DNA of 60,363 nt from Terrimesophilobacter sp. Lineage in GTDB: Bacteria > Actinomycetota > Actinomycetes > Actinomycetales > Microbacteriaceae. The stretch lies in NCBI GenBank assembly GCA_039920505.1, contig JBDSDO010000109.1:1-60363 (forward strand), written 5' to 3'. The translations under genes and the position numbers were made by a program. Positions 20,195 through 32,857 of this stretch are shown piece after piece (position 1 is the stretch's first letter; each line of letters begins with the position of its first letter). The notes under the pieces are model-generated. The model searched no databases. It saw only the letters and a program-made list of their open reading frames with translations, and had not been told where the DNA came from.

Positions 20195-22756
20195 GTGAAA
20201 GCAATCAGACGGCTAACGGTTCAAACGGCCATCCCGGCGTCCCTTTCGGCGCTCGAAGAACTCGCCACAAACCTGCGGTGGTCCTGGCACATCCCTACCC
20301 GACAGTTCTTCGCCGACATCTCGCCAGCGGTCTGGGGCAAGTTCGGCACCGACCCGATTGACCTGCTCGCTTCCATCGAACCGTCCAGGCTGGAAGAGCT
20401 CTCCCGTGACGAGGACTTCGTCAACCGGGCCAACGCGCTACGAGACGATTTGCGCGTGTACCTCCAGCAGCCACGCTGGTACCAGTCACTTGCGGATGAC
20501 GCGCCGGCAGCAATCGGATATTTCTCTCCGGAATTCGGCATTGCTTCAACCCTGCCGCAGTATTCCGGCGGCCTCGGCATCCTTGCCGGCGACCACCTGA
20601 AGAGCGCGTCGGACCTCGGCGTTCCGATCATCGGCGTTGGGCTGTTCTACCGCTCCGGCTACTTCGCGCAGTCAATCTCGTCGGAAGGCTGGCAGGAAGA
20701 GTCCTATCCGATCCTGGACCCGGACAGTTTGCCGCTGAACGTGCTGCGTCACCCCGACGGGACCGCCGCACGCATCGCCCTGGCTCTGCCGGGCAACCGT
20801 GCGCTCTACGCCAGGGTTTGGCAGGTGGCGGTGGGGCGGATCAGTCTGCTCCTGCTCGACACAGACATCCCGGACAACGAAGAGTCGCTGCGGTCGGTCA
20901 CCGATCGGCTTTACGGTGGTGGTGGCGAGCATCGTCTGCTGCAGGAAATCCTGCTCGGCATCGGCGGTGTGCGCGCGATCAAGCTGTACTGCGAACTGAC
21001 CGGAACGGTGCTACCGGAGGTGTACCACTCCAACGAAGGCCACGCCGGATTCCTCGGACTCGAGCGGATCAGCGACCTGATCGGTGAGGGTCTCTCCTTC
21101 GGTGAGGCGCTGCAGGTGGTGCGGGCCGGAACCGTCTTCACCACGCACACGCCGGTCCCCGCGGGAATCGACAGGTTCGACGCCGCGCTGGTCGAACTGT
21201 ACTTCTCCACCGACCTGCTGCGGGGCGTCAGCTCCGACGAGGTACTCGAACTCGGTTCCGAGAACTACGATGGCGGGTCCGGCGACACCTTCAACATGGC
21301 GGTCATGGGGTTGAGACTCGGGCAACGCGCCAACGGAGTGTCGAAACTCCACGGCGAAGTGAGCCGCGACATGTTCGGGGCGCTCTGGCCCGGATTCGAC
21401 AGTGCGGAAGTGCCGATCACCTCCGTGACTAACGGCGTGCACGCGCCGACCTGGACCGATCCAATCGTGGTGGCGCTCGCGGTGCGCACGCTCGGCCAGG
21501 CCGACACGACGGCGTGCGATTGGAGTTCGGATGCCGTCTCCGACGCCGACCTGTGGAAGATGCGGAACGAGTTGCGTGCCCAGCTGGTCGACGACGCCCG
21601 CCGTAGGGTCACGAACGCCTGGCGTCAGCGCTACCCGCGCCTGCGGCCGCCGGCGTGGTACCAGGATCTGCTGGATCCGAACGTGCTCACCATTGGTTTC
21701 GCGCGGCGTGTGCCTACCTACAAGCGGCTGACTCTCATGCTGCAGGACCCCGACCGCTTGCGGTCGATTCTGCTTTCCGCGGAGCATCCGGTGCAGATCG
21801 TCATCGCCGGCAAATCGCATCCGGCCGATGACGGTGGCAAACGGCTGATTCAGCAGCTCATCGAGTTCACCTCCACCCCGGAGCTGCGCACGCGCATGGT
21901 GTTCCTGCCTAATTACGACATCGCCATGGCCAGGCTGCTCTACCCCGGAACAGATGTCTGGCTGAACAATCCGCTGCGTCCGCTGGAGGCGTGCGGCACG
22001 TCCGGAATGAAGGCGGCGCTGAACGGGTCGCTCAACCTGTCTATCCTCGACGGATGGTGGGCGGAATTCTACGATGAGGAGAACGGCTGGGCGATTCCGA
22101 GCGCGGATGCCGCGGGCGACGCCGACGAGCGCGATGAGCTTGAGGCGAACGCGTTGTACGACCTCATCGAGCACCAGGTGGCTCCGCGGTTCTACGACGA
22201 CCGTTCCGAGGACGGGGTTCCGCACCGGTGGGTGGAGTCGATCCGACACACCCTCTCCACGTTGTCTCCGAAGTTGTCTGCCGATCGGATGGTGCGCGAA
22301 TACGTTGAGCGGCTCTACATCCCGGCAACCGAGTCGCGACGCCAACTCGTCGCCAATTCCTTCGCCGCCGCGCACTCTTTCGCGGCGTGGAAGGACCATG
22401 TCACGTCGAACTGGTCGCAAGTGGCGGTTGAGCACGTCGAATCAGGAGGAGTGGACGCCGTTCCCGAGGTCGGCGACGAACTGCACGTGCGCGTCCCGGT
22501 GCATCTCGGCGCCCTGTCGCCGTCCGACGTGTGTGTTCAAGTCGTGTACGGACGCACTCAGGACACCGACGTGCTCCTGGACACGCAGAGCATCGACCTA
22601 GACGCCGAGGATGCGCCGCAGGGTGACACTGTGGAATTCACCGGCACGCTTCCGCTGACGCGCGCCGGAAGTTTTGGCTACAACGTGCGGGTCGTGCCGC
22701 GGCATCCGATGTTGGCATCCGCGGCGGAGATGGGACTCGTGGCGTTCGGCCACTAG
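20195..22756 (+). CDS. glgP: Alpha-glucan (glycogen) phosphorylase
   Basis: YSGGLGILAGDHLKSASD, GFARRVPTYKR and EACGTSGMKA (PLP lysine). GTG 20195 with TAGGCT upstream. Confidence 0.97.
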   Translation: MKAIRRLTVQTAIPASLSALEELATNLRWSWHIPTRQFFADISPAVWGKFGTDPIDLLASIEPSRLEELSRDEDFVNRANALRDDLRVYLQQPRWYQSLADDAPAAIGYFSPEFGIASTLPQYSGGLGILAGDHLKSASDLGVPIIGVGLFYRSGYFAQSISSEGWQEESYPILDPDSLPLNVLRHPDGTAARIALALPGNRALYARVWQVAVGRISLLLLDTDIPDNEESLRSVTDRLYGGGGEHRLLQEILLGIGGVRAIKLYCELTGTVLPEVYHSNEGHAGFLGLERISDLIGEGLSFGEALQVVRAGTVFTTHTPVPAGIDRFDAALVELYFSTDLLRGVSSDEVLELGSENYDGGSGDTFNMAVMGLRLGQRANGVSKLHGEVSRDMFGALWPGFDSAEVPITSVTNGVHAPTWTDPIVVALAVRTLGQADTTACDWSSDAVSDADLWKMRNELRAQLVDDARRRVTNAWRQRYPRLRPPAWYQDLLDPNVLTIGFARRVPTYKRLTLMLQDPDRLRSILLSAEHPVQIVIAGKSHPADDGGKRLIQQLIEFTSTPELRTRMVFLPNYDIAMARLLYPGTDVWLNNPLRPLEACGTSGMKAALNGSLNLSILDGWWAEFYDEENGWAIPSADAAGDADERDELEANALYDLIEHQVAPRFYDDRSEDGVPHRWVESIRHTLSTLSPKLSADRMVREYVERLYIPATESRRQLVANSFAAAHSFAAWKDHVTSNWSQVAVEHVESGGVDAVPEVGDELHVRVPVHLGALSPSDVCVQVVYGRTQDTDVLLDTQSIDLDAEDAPQGDTVEFTGTLPLTRAGSFGYNVRVVPRHPMLASAAEMGLVAFGH

Positions 22757-22815
22757 CGCTCTGACGGGGTGCGAAGCACGGGCTAGACGCGCGAAACGGG
22801 CGACGGTGACGTCAA

Positions 22816-22935
22816 TCACCGTCTCATGCCGTCCCACCCGAAGTGCCGGTTGGACGGGTCATGCCGGTGCGAATGCGCCGGGAACCGGATGCCCGCGGCG
22901 GTCAGCGCCACCGTCGCGGGAGTCCCGACGCCCAT
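22816..22935 (-). pseudogene. Relic of Cys-tRNA(Pro) deacylase (YbaK-like)
   Basis: ATG coupled to the glgX stop (TGATG); MGVGTPATVALTAAGIRFPAHSHRHDP resembles the actinobacterial YbaK N-terminus; stops after 39 aa. Confidence 0.6.
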
Positions 22936-24974
22936 CAGTGCGCCCTGAACAGCTGCAGCGACGTTCCCGCGACATGGACTGTCGTTCCCGGCGCGTGGTC
23001 CATGACCTCGACATCGTCCAGCGCGCTGTTCCACAGCTGGGTGTACTGCACAATGCCATCGAGCACAGGCAGACTGACGGTTTCCGGAGCCTCCATCCCG
23101 TGCACGATGAGCAGGATGCGATTGAGTCCTTCCGATTCCGGGGTGGACTCGGCGAAGTACTGCAGCGTGCGCTCCGATGAGGAATTCCAGTCGTCGATCG
23201 ACATCGACCTACCGTCGGCGTTGAACCATGCCATCCGGCTGGCTGAGGCCACGCTCTCGCCTTTCACCGCATAGCGGACCGGCCGCAGCGCGGGATTCTC
23301 CCGCCGCAGCCGCAGCAGCTCTTGCACCACCCGCCACAGCTCGCTTTGCCAATCCTCTATTTCCCACGGCAGCCAGGTGAGCGGATTGTCGTGGCAGTAC
23401 GCGTTGTTGTTTCCGTTCTGACTGCGCCCTACCTCATCGCCCGCGGTGAGCATCGGAATGCCGGCAGACAGCAGCAAGGTGCCGAGCAGATTTCGGATCG
23501 CCTTGCGGCGCACCGCGCTGATGGCAGGGTCGTCGGTGTGACCCTCGACGCCGTGATTGAACGAGCGGTTGTTGTCCGTGCCATCACGATTGTTTTCGCC
23601 GTTGCCGAGGTTGTGCTTCTGGTTGTAGGCGGTGAGGTCGAACGCGGTGAAGCCGTCGTGCGCGGTGATGAAATTCGTGGAGGCGAGCGGTCCGCGGTCT
23701 GCGGAGAACATGTTCGATGAACCGGACAGTTTCGTCGCGAGCGGCCCGATACCACCTGGCGCCGAGCCGGTCTGGCGCGCCGCGGCGATGTCGGTGAGCC
23801 AGAAATCTCGCACCCTGTCTCGGTAGTTGTCGTTCCATTCACTGAACTTTGGCGGAAAGTTGCCCACCTGCCATCCGCCGGCGCCCACGTCCCACGGTTC
23901 GGCGATCATCTTCACACCCGCCAAATCCGGGTCGTTCACGATGGCGTCGAGCAGCGGATGGTCGGGGGTGAAGTTGACGTTCTCGTCGCGGCCCAGTGCG
24001 GCGGCGAGGTCGAACCGGAACCCATCGATCTGCACCTCGTTCGCCCAGTAGCGCAACGAGTCCATGAGTAGCCGCTGCGGAATGGGGAGGGAGTAGTTCA
24101 CGGAATTGCCGCATCCGGTGACATCGATGTACTGGCCGTCAGCGGTCTGTCGATAGTAGGTGGCATTGTCCAGGCCCCGGAAACTGCTGGTGGGACCGCC
24201 AGGGCCTTCCTCGGCCGTGTGGTTGTAGACGACGTCGAGGATGACCTCCAGCCCGGCTTCGTGGAGCAACCGCACCATACCCTTGAACTCCCGCAGCACC
24301 TGCGCCGGGCCCGCCACCTGGGCGCTCGTAGAGGCGTAGGCAGCGTGCGGGCTGAAAAATGCCAGAGTGTTGTAGCCCCAGTAGTTCACCAGGCCTTGTT
24401 TGATCAGCCGTGGTTCGGTCATGAACTGCTGCACCGGAAGCAGCTCGATGGCGGTGACGCCGAGATCCTTCAGGTAGCGGATGGCGGTGTCGTGGGCGAG
24501 GCCGGCATACGTGCCGCGGAACTGCGCCGGCACCGCCGGGTTCAGTTTCGACAGGCCTTTCGCGTGGGTTTCGTAGATCACGGTCTTGTCCAGTGGAGTT
24601 GCCGGCTTGGCCACGCCGCCCCAGTCAAAGTCGCCGTCTACCACGCAGGAGCGCCACTGGCCCGTCGCTGTGCGGGAGAGGCCGCGCGTGTACGGATCGA
24701 CCAGGTGCAGTGCGGGGTCGAACTGGTTCGCGGGCGCATCCGGTCCGTCTGCGCGCAGCGAGTAACACGCATCCGGCACGAGCTTCGAGGATGACGCACA
24801 CCAGACGCCATCACCGTCGCGGGACAGCGGAATGCGGTCGGTCACCCAAGTGAGATCCTTGGCGTCGAACAGGCACAGCTCGAGGGAAGTTGCGGTATTC
24901 GACGCAACGCGGATGGTGCCTCCGCCAGAAGTCGCTGTCACCCCGAGGTTTCGCAGAGCATCAACGGAGGGCAT
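22935..24974 (-). CDS. glgX: Glycogen debranching enzyme
   Basis: NYWGYNT, DVVYNHTAE, DGFRFDLA, AEPWD, ITAHDGFT and NNNAYC motifs; TACTCT 6 nt upstream of ATG 24974. Confidence 0.97.
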   Translation of the reverse strand: MPSVDALRNLGVTATSGGGTIRVASNTATSLELCLFDAKDLTWVTDRIPLSRDGDGVWCASSSKLVPDACYSLRADGPDAPANQFDPALHLVDPYTRGLSRTATGQWRSCVVDGDFDWGGVAKPATPLDKTVIYETHAKGLSKLNPAVPAQFRGTYAGLAHDTAIRYLKDLGVTAIELLPVQQFMTEPRLIKQGLVNYWGYNTLAFFSPHAAYASTSAQVAGPAQVLREFKGMVRLLHEAGLEVILDVVYNHTAEEGPGGPTSSFRGLDNATYYRQTADGQYIDVTGCGNSVNYSLPIPQRLLMDSLRYWANEVQIDGFRFDLAAALGRDENVNFTPDHPLLDAIVNDPDLAGVKMIAEPWDVGAGGWQVGNFPPKFSEWNDNYRDRVRDFWLTDIAAARQTGSAPGGIGPLATKLSGSSNMFSADRGPLASTNFITAHDGFTAFDLTAYNQKHNLGNGENNRDGTDNNRSFNHGVEGHTDDPAISAVRRKAIRNLLGTLLLSAGIPMLTAGDEVGRSQNGNNNAYCHDNPLTWLPWEIEDWQSELWRVVQELLRLRRENPALRPVRYAVKGESVASASRMAWFNADGRSMSIDDWNSSSERTLQYFAESTPESEGLNRILLIVHGMEAPETVSLPVLDGIVQYTQLWNSALDDVEVMDHAPGTTVHVAGTSLQLFRAH

Positions 24975-24982
24975 CAATCTAG

Positions 24983-27523
<2,541 letters not shown>

Positions 27524-27655
27524 CCGTACGTTTCGCGTTTTCGTGAAACTTTCTTGGATGTTGACGTCGTGCGCCCCTAGTATGGGGGACACAATCACTT
27601 TGCGTAACGAAGGCGAAACCTCAGCGTCTCGTCGTCGCGATTGGATCCGCCCTAG

Positions 27656-28984
27656 ATGCTGTTCGACGTCGCAGTTTTTGCCGCTTCGGTGTCCCTAACC
27701 TGGGTCAGCGAAGCCTTCGGGGTGCACGAAATCAACGCTCAGATGGTCGCTCACGTGCAGCAGGTCGATATTTCGCCTGCCTCCGTTCCGGATGCGTCGC
27801 AGTTTTCCCTGCAGGTGCCCCTGTCTCCGGTGGATCCGACACTGCTTCCGCAGCTCGGCGGACGCGCGCTCCTCGAGCAGCTCGGCCTCGTCGACTCCGA
27901 CTCGTTGGCGGCGTTCGTTTCCGCCCATCCGGCGACGCTGCACCAGCTTCTGCAGCATCCTCCAGCGGCTCGGCAGGTCACCGCATGGTGGGGCGGCCTT
28001 TCCTCGAACAAACAACAGGAGATGCTCGCGTCGGCGCCTCACCTCGTCGGCAACCTTGGCGGCGTCCCGTTCGCCGTCCGCGACATCGCCAATCGGGAGT
28101 ACCTGAAGCAGTCACTCACCACGCTTCGGAACGAACTCGCGGCCCGCCCGGGCCGTTCAGCCAGCGCCGGAGTGCGGGGACACTTGCACACTTTGGCCGA
28201 AATCGGCAAGGCGGTGATGCCGGAACCGGGGGAGCCGCCGCGCACCCTGGTGTCGCTTGACACGGGCTCGCCGTCCCGCGCCGCCATCGTTGTCGGCGAC
28301 CTGGCCAGCGCCGACTACGTTAGCTATATGGTGCCCGGGATGTTCTTCACCATCGACGGACAGGTCGGCGACTGGGCAAATACCGCGACAGACCTCTACC
28401 GCGAGCAAGTCGGTTGGCTGAAATATTTCGCGTCCACCGACGCCACCCTGAAAGATAAAACAGTCGCGACCGTCGCCTGGATCGGCTACGAAACGCCGCA
28501 CCTGCTGACCGTCGGCTCGCTGGACCTCGCCTACCAGGGCGCCGAATACCTCACCCAGGACATCGAGGCGTTGCAGTCGCTGCGTCAAACCAGTACGCCT
28601 TTCGTGTCGGTGATCGGCCATTCCTACGGCTCAACCGCCGCCATGATCGCGTTGCAACAGCGCACCTTCCAAATCGACGCGTTCGCCGTCGTCGGCTCGC
28701 CCGGCAGTGCCGCGCAGTCGGTGTCCGCCCTGGACGTCCGAGGCGGCAACATGTACGTCGGAGAGGCGGCCTGGGATCCGGTGGTGAACACCGCCTTCTA
28801 CGGGAGCGATCCCGGGGCTGCGTCGTATGGCGCGCATCCGATGAGCGTCGACGGCGGAACCGACCCGATCACGCACCGGGGGCTGAGCGCGTCGTATGGG
28901 CACAACGGGTACTTTGACGTCGGAAGCGAGTCGTTGCGCAATCTTGCGCTCATCGGTATCGACAAGGGCGGCTTCGTTTCCTAA
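27656..28984 (+). CDS. Alpha/beta hydrolase (DUF1023/Abhydrolase_8-like)
   Basis: VGNLGGVPFAVRDIANR, VGDLASADYVSYMVPG, AWIGY, GHSYGS and GSPG motifs. Confidence 0.82.
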   Translation: MLFDVAVFAASVSLTWVSEAFGVHEINAQMVAHVQQVDISPASVPDASQFSLQVPLSPVDPTLLPQLGGRALLEQLGLVDSDSLAAFVSAHPATLHQLLQHPPAARQVTAWWGGLSSNKQQEMLASAPHLVGNLGGVPFAVRDIANREYLKQSLTTLRNELAARPGRSASAGVRGHLHTLAEIGKAVMPEPGEPPRTLVSLDTGSPSRAAIVVGDLASADYVSYMVPGMFFTIDGQVGDWANTATDLYREQVGWLKYFASTDATLKDKTVATVAWIGYETPHLLTVGSLDLAYQGAEYLTQDIEALQSLRQTSTPFVSVIGHSYGSTAAMIALQQRTFQIDAFAVVGSPGSAAQSVSALDVRGGNMYVGEAAWDPVVNTAFYGSDPGAASYGAHPMSVDGGTDPITHRGLSASYGHNGYFDVGSESLRNLALIGIDKGGFVS

Positions 28985-29076
28985 TTCTCCGCCGCGTCCG
29001 CACGCGGCTCGGCAGGGCCACACCTCGCCTCGAATAGAATTGAGACGTCCCCTCGCGTCTCAACCTTCGGAGTTGC

Positions 29077-29400
29077 ATGTCTGCCAGTCCCGCTGAATCT
29101 CCCCACGTCATCACTACGGAACAGGTCTCCCATCTCGCGAACCTCGCTCGCATCGCGCTGACCGACAAAGAGATCGAGAAACTGACCGGGGAACTCGGAG
29201 TCATCATCGAGTCCATTGCCAAGGTGTCCGAGGTGGCCACCGCCGACGTCCCCGCGACGTCGCACCCGATTCCGATGGCGAACGTGTTCCGACCGGATGT
29301 CGTCGGCCAGACCCTCACGGTGGAGCACGCCTTGAGCGGAGCGCCTGATCGCGACGGTAACCGGTTCAAAGTCTCGGCGATCCTCGGGGAGGAGCAGTGA
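29077..29400 (+). CDS. gatC: Asp/Glu-tRNA amidotransferase subunit C
   Basis: [25 protein letters not shown]; first gene of gatCAB; TAGAAT -10 at 29035. Confidence 0.96.
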   Translation: MSASPAESPHVITTEQVSHLANLARIALTDKEIEKLTGELGVIIESIAKVSEVATADVPATSHPIPMANVFRPDVVGQTLTVEHALSGAPDRDGNRFKVSAILGEEQ

Positions 29401-30917
29401 TGGAAGCGCTTACCAGGCTTACCGCATCCGCCCTCGCCAACAAGCTCCAATCCGGAGAGGTCAGCTCGGTCGAGGTCACACAGGCCCACCTGGACCGGAT
29501 CAATGAAGTCGACGGCGACATCCACGCGTTCCTGCATGTGTCCGCCGCTGCCCTGGACACCGCCGCCGCGATCGACGCCAAACGCGCTGCGGGCCAGAAA
29601 TTGGGTCCGCTGGCGGGCATTCCCATCGCCATCAAAGACGTGCTGTGCACCATCGACATGCCCTCCACCGCCGGGTCGAGGATTCTCGAAGGCTGGGTGT
29701 CGCCGTACGACGCCACCGTCGTGCGCAAACTCCGCGAAGCGGGCCTCGTGCCACTCGGCAAGACCAACATGGACGAGTTCGCCATGGGTTCCTCCACCGA
29801 GCATTCGGCGTTCGGGCCGACGCACAACCCCTGGGATTTGGACCGGATCCCCGGTGGATCCGGTGGCGGTTCGGCTGCTGCCGTCGCGGCGTTCGAGGCG
29901 CCGCTGGCACTGGGCAGCGACACCGGCGGATCCATCCGCCAACCTGCGGCAGTCACGGGTTCCGTCGGAATGAAGCCCACCTATGGTGGCGTGTCCCGCT
30001 ACGGAGCGATCGCGCTCGCGTCGTCGCTGGACCAGGTCGGCCCCGTCACCCGCAGCGTGCTCGACGCTGCTCTGCTTCACGACGTCATCGGTGGGCACGA
30101 CCCCCGCGACTCCACCTCTCTGCCGGATGTCTGGCCGTCGTTCGCGGCGGCCGCCCGTGAAGGTGCAGCATCCGGATCGCTCGCCGGCATGCGCGTCGGT
30201 GTGGTCAAGGAGCTTGGCGGCGACGGATTCCAAGCCGGTGTGAGCCAGCGCTTCGCCGAAACTCTCGACCTCCTCTCGGCGGCGGGCGCGGAAATAGTCG
30301 AAGTCTCCGCGCCATCGTTCAAATACGCCATCGCCGCTTACTATCTGATCCTCCCGGCCGAGGCGTCGAGCAACCTGGCCAAGTTCGACTCGGTGCGCTT
30401 CGGAATGCGCGTCAATCCGCCCGGCGGCGGCACGGTCGAGGACGTCATGTCGGCCACCCGCGAAGCCGGATTCGGCGCGGAGGTCAAGCGCCGCATCATC
30501 CTGGGCACTTACGCCCTGTCGGCCGGCTACTACGACGCTTACTACGGCAGCGCGCAAAAGGTGCGCACCCTGATCCAGCGGGATTTCGCCGCAGCATTCG
30601 AGAAGGCGGACGTGCTGATCAGCCCCGCGGCGCCGACTACCGCGTTCAAACTCGGCGAGAAGCTTGAGGATCCGCTGGCCATGTATCTCAACGACATCAC
30701 GACCATTCCGGCGAACCTCGCCGGCGTCCCGGGAATGGGACTGCCCATGGGGCTTGCGCCCGAGGACGGACTGCCCACCGGCATCCAGCTGATGGCACCC
30801 GCACGAATGGATGCCCGCCTCTACACCGTGGGCGCGACACTGGAGGCCCTGCTGGAAGCCAAGTGGGGGCACTCGTTGCTCACTGAAGCCCCGGAGCTCG
30901 AAAGGAGCATCCACTGA
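29397..30917 (+). CDS. gatA: Asp/Glu-tRNA amidotransferase subunit A
   Basis: [23 protein letters not shown] and [10 protein letters not shown] amidase signature. Confidence 0.98.
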   Translation: MMEALTRLTASALANKLQSGEVSSVEVTQAHLDRINEVDGDIHAFLHVSAAALDTAAAIDAKRAAGQKLGPLAGIPIAIKDVLCTIDMPSTAGSRILEGWVSPYDATVVRKLREAGLVPLGKTNMDEFAMGSSTEHSAFGPTHNPWDLDRIPGGSGGGSAAAVAAFEAPLALGSDTGGSIRQPAAVTGSVGMKPTYGGVSRYGAIALASSLDQVGPVTRSVLDAALLHDVIGGHDPRDSTSLPDVWPSFAAAAREGAASGSLAGMRVGVVKELGGDGFQAGVSQRFAETLDLLSAAGAEIVEVSAPSFKYAIAAYYLILPAEASSNLAKFDSVRFGMRVNPPGGGTVEDVMSATREAGFGAEVKRRIILGTYALSAGYYDAYYGSAQKVRTLIQRDFAAAFEKADVLISPAAPTTAFKLGEKLEDPLAMYLNDITTIPANLAGVPGMGLPMGLAPEDGLPTGIQLMAPARMDARLYTVGATLEALLEAKWGHSLLTEAPELERSIH

Positions 30918-32416
30918 TGGCTCGCGCAGAACTGATGGACTACGACAAGGCGATCGAACTGTTCGAGCCCGTCCTCGGCTTCGAGGTGCACGTTGAGCTC
31001 AACACGGCCACCAAGATGTTCTCCGACGCTCCGAACTTCTTCGGCGGCGACCCCAACACCAACGTCACCCCGGTCTGTTTGGGCTTGCCCGGTTCTCTCC
31101 CCGTGGTCAATGAGCAAGCGGTCAAGTACTCGATAAGCCTCGGCCTGGCGCTCGGTTGTTCGATCGCGCCGTCTAGCCGCTTTGCCCGTAAGAACTACTT
31201 CTACCCCGATCTGGCGAAGAACTACCAGATCAGCCAGTACGATGAGCCGATCGCGTTCGACGGTGAGGTCGAGGTCGAACTGACCGATGGCCGGTTGTTC
31301 CAGATCCCGATCGAACGTGCGCACATGGAGGAGGATGCCGGCAAGCTGACCCACATCGGCGGCGCAACCGGGCGCATCCAGGGCGCCGACTATTCCCTCG
31401 TCGACTACAACCGCGCCGGTGTGCCACTGGTCGAGATTGTCACGAAAATTATTTACGGAGCCGGAGCGGATGCCCCGGAGCTCGCGAAGGCGTACGTCTC
31501 GACGATCCGCGACATGGTCGTGGCGCTGGGGATCTCCGAGGCCAAAATGGAGCGCGGAAACCTCCGCTGCGACGCGAACATCTCCCTGTCGCCGCGCGGG
31601 TCCGGCATCCTTGGTACCCGCACCGAGACCAAGAACGTGAACTCACTGCGCAGTGTCGAACGTGCCATTCGACACGAGATCCAGCGGCAGGCGGCGATTC
31701 TCGCGGCCGGCGGCACCATCACCCAGGAGACCAGGCACTGGCACGAAGACACCGGCACGACTGCGGCCGGCCGGCCGAAGAGCGACGCCGACGACTACCG
31801 GTATTTCCCCGAGCCCGACCTGCTGCCCGTGCAGCCCTCGGCGGAACTCATCGAGGAATTGCGGGCGGCTCTGCCGGAGAAGCCGACCGTGCGTCGGCGC
31901 AGGCTGAAGGAAGCGTGGGGCTTCTCCGATCTGGAGTTCCAGGACGTCGTCAACTCCGGACTGCTGGTCGAACTCGAAGAGACGGTTGCGGCGGGAGCGG
32001 CGCCCGCCAAGGCACGCAAGTGGTGGACCGGGGAAATAGCCCGCATCGCAAACGCCCGTGGAGTGGATGCATCATCCTTGGTGTCTCCGGAGCACGTGTC
32101 CGAGCTCATTGTTCTGATTGAGGCGGGTACGCTCACCGACCGGCTGGCGCGGCAGGTGCTCGAGGGCGTCATCGCCGGCGAAGGCACCCCACCCGAAGTG
32201 GTCGCGCAACGCGGTCTCAAGGTGGTATCGGATGACGGACCCCTGATCGCCGCAATCGACACGGCACTGGCCGCGCAACCCGATGTGCTCGCAAAGATCC
32301 GCGATGGCAAGGTGCAGGCTGCCGGTGCCGTCATCGGTGCGGTGATGAAGGCTATGCACGGCCAAGCGGATGCCGCGCGCGTGCGCGAACTCGTGCTGGA
32401 GCGTGCCGCGCAGTAG
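30917..32416 (+). CDS. gatB: Asp/Glu-tRNA amidotransferase subunit B
   Basis: [23 protein letters not shown] and [10 protein letters not shown] motifs. Confidence 0.98.
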   Translation: MARAELMDYDKAIELFEPVLGFEVHVELNTATKMFSDAPNFFGGDPNTNVTPVCLGLPGSLPVVNEQAVKYSISLGLALGCSIAPSSRFARKNYFYPDLAKNYQISQYDEPIAFDGEVEVELTDGRLFQIPIERAHMEEDAGKLTHIGGATGRIQGADYSLVDYNRAGVPLVEIVTKIIYGAGADAPELAKAYVSTIRDMVVALGISEAKMERGNLRCDANISLSPRGSGILGTRTETKNVNSLRSVERAIRHEIQRQAAILAAGGTITQETRHWHEDTGTTAAGRPKSDADDYRYFPEPDLLPVQPSAELIEELRAALPEKPTVRRRRLKEAWGFSDLEFQDVVNSGLLVELEETVAAGAAPAKARKWWTGEIARIANARGVDASSLVSPEHVSELIVLIEAGTLTDRLARQVLEGVIAGEGTPPEVVAQRGLKVVSDDGPLIAAIDTALAAQPDVLAKIRDGKVQAAGAVIGAVMKAMHGQADAARVRELVLERAAQ

Positions 32417-32479
32417 AAGTGACCTGAGCGGGCCCCGTTGCCGACCGAGGAACGAGGCCGCGTATCGAAACCGCGATAG

Positions 32480-32710
32480 TCACCCCTCTGGAACAAACGC
32501 CGGCGCTGGCGCCCCGGCTCCGGTGAGGTCGTCGCAGCGCACGAACTGCGTGCCGACTCGCGTCAGCGGGCAATGCGTGGACTTCTGCGTGGGGGACGGG
32601 CCGCTGGCTGTGCCGGGATCCTGTTGCGCCACGGCAGGGCTGGAAACCGCAAGGAGGATGGCCGACAAAGCGATGACGGCCGAACGCCGAGCCGGATGTG
32701 TCGTGTTCAT
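32480..32710 (-). CDS. Small secreted protein (76 aa) with a C-x11-C motif
   Basis: Hidden at the end of the 642-aa shadow ORF. GAAAGG SD, Sec signal peptide ending AVA, mature part HCPLTRVGTQFVRCDDLTGAGAPAPAFVPEG. Confidence 0.75.
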   Translation of the reverse strand: MNTTHPARRSAVIALSAILLAVSSPAVAQQDPGTASGPSPTQKSTHCPLTRVGTQFVRCDDLTGAGAPAPAFVPEG

Positions 32711-32857
32711 GATCGTGCCTTTCGAACGGGGAATACCTGATTCGCTCACGTTCCTCCGATAGACACCTCGGCCGCATGGGGGGTACTCCTCAGGTTTGGT
32801 ACGGAAACCCTGGTTTTTGAACTGACCGGGGGCCCGGATCGGTGGGACACTGGACGA

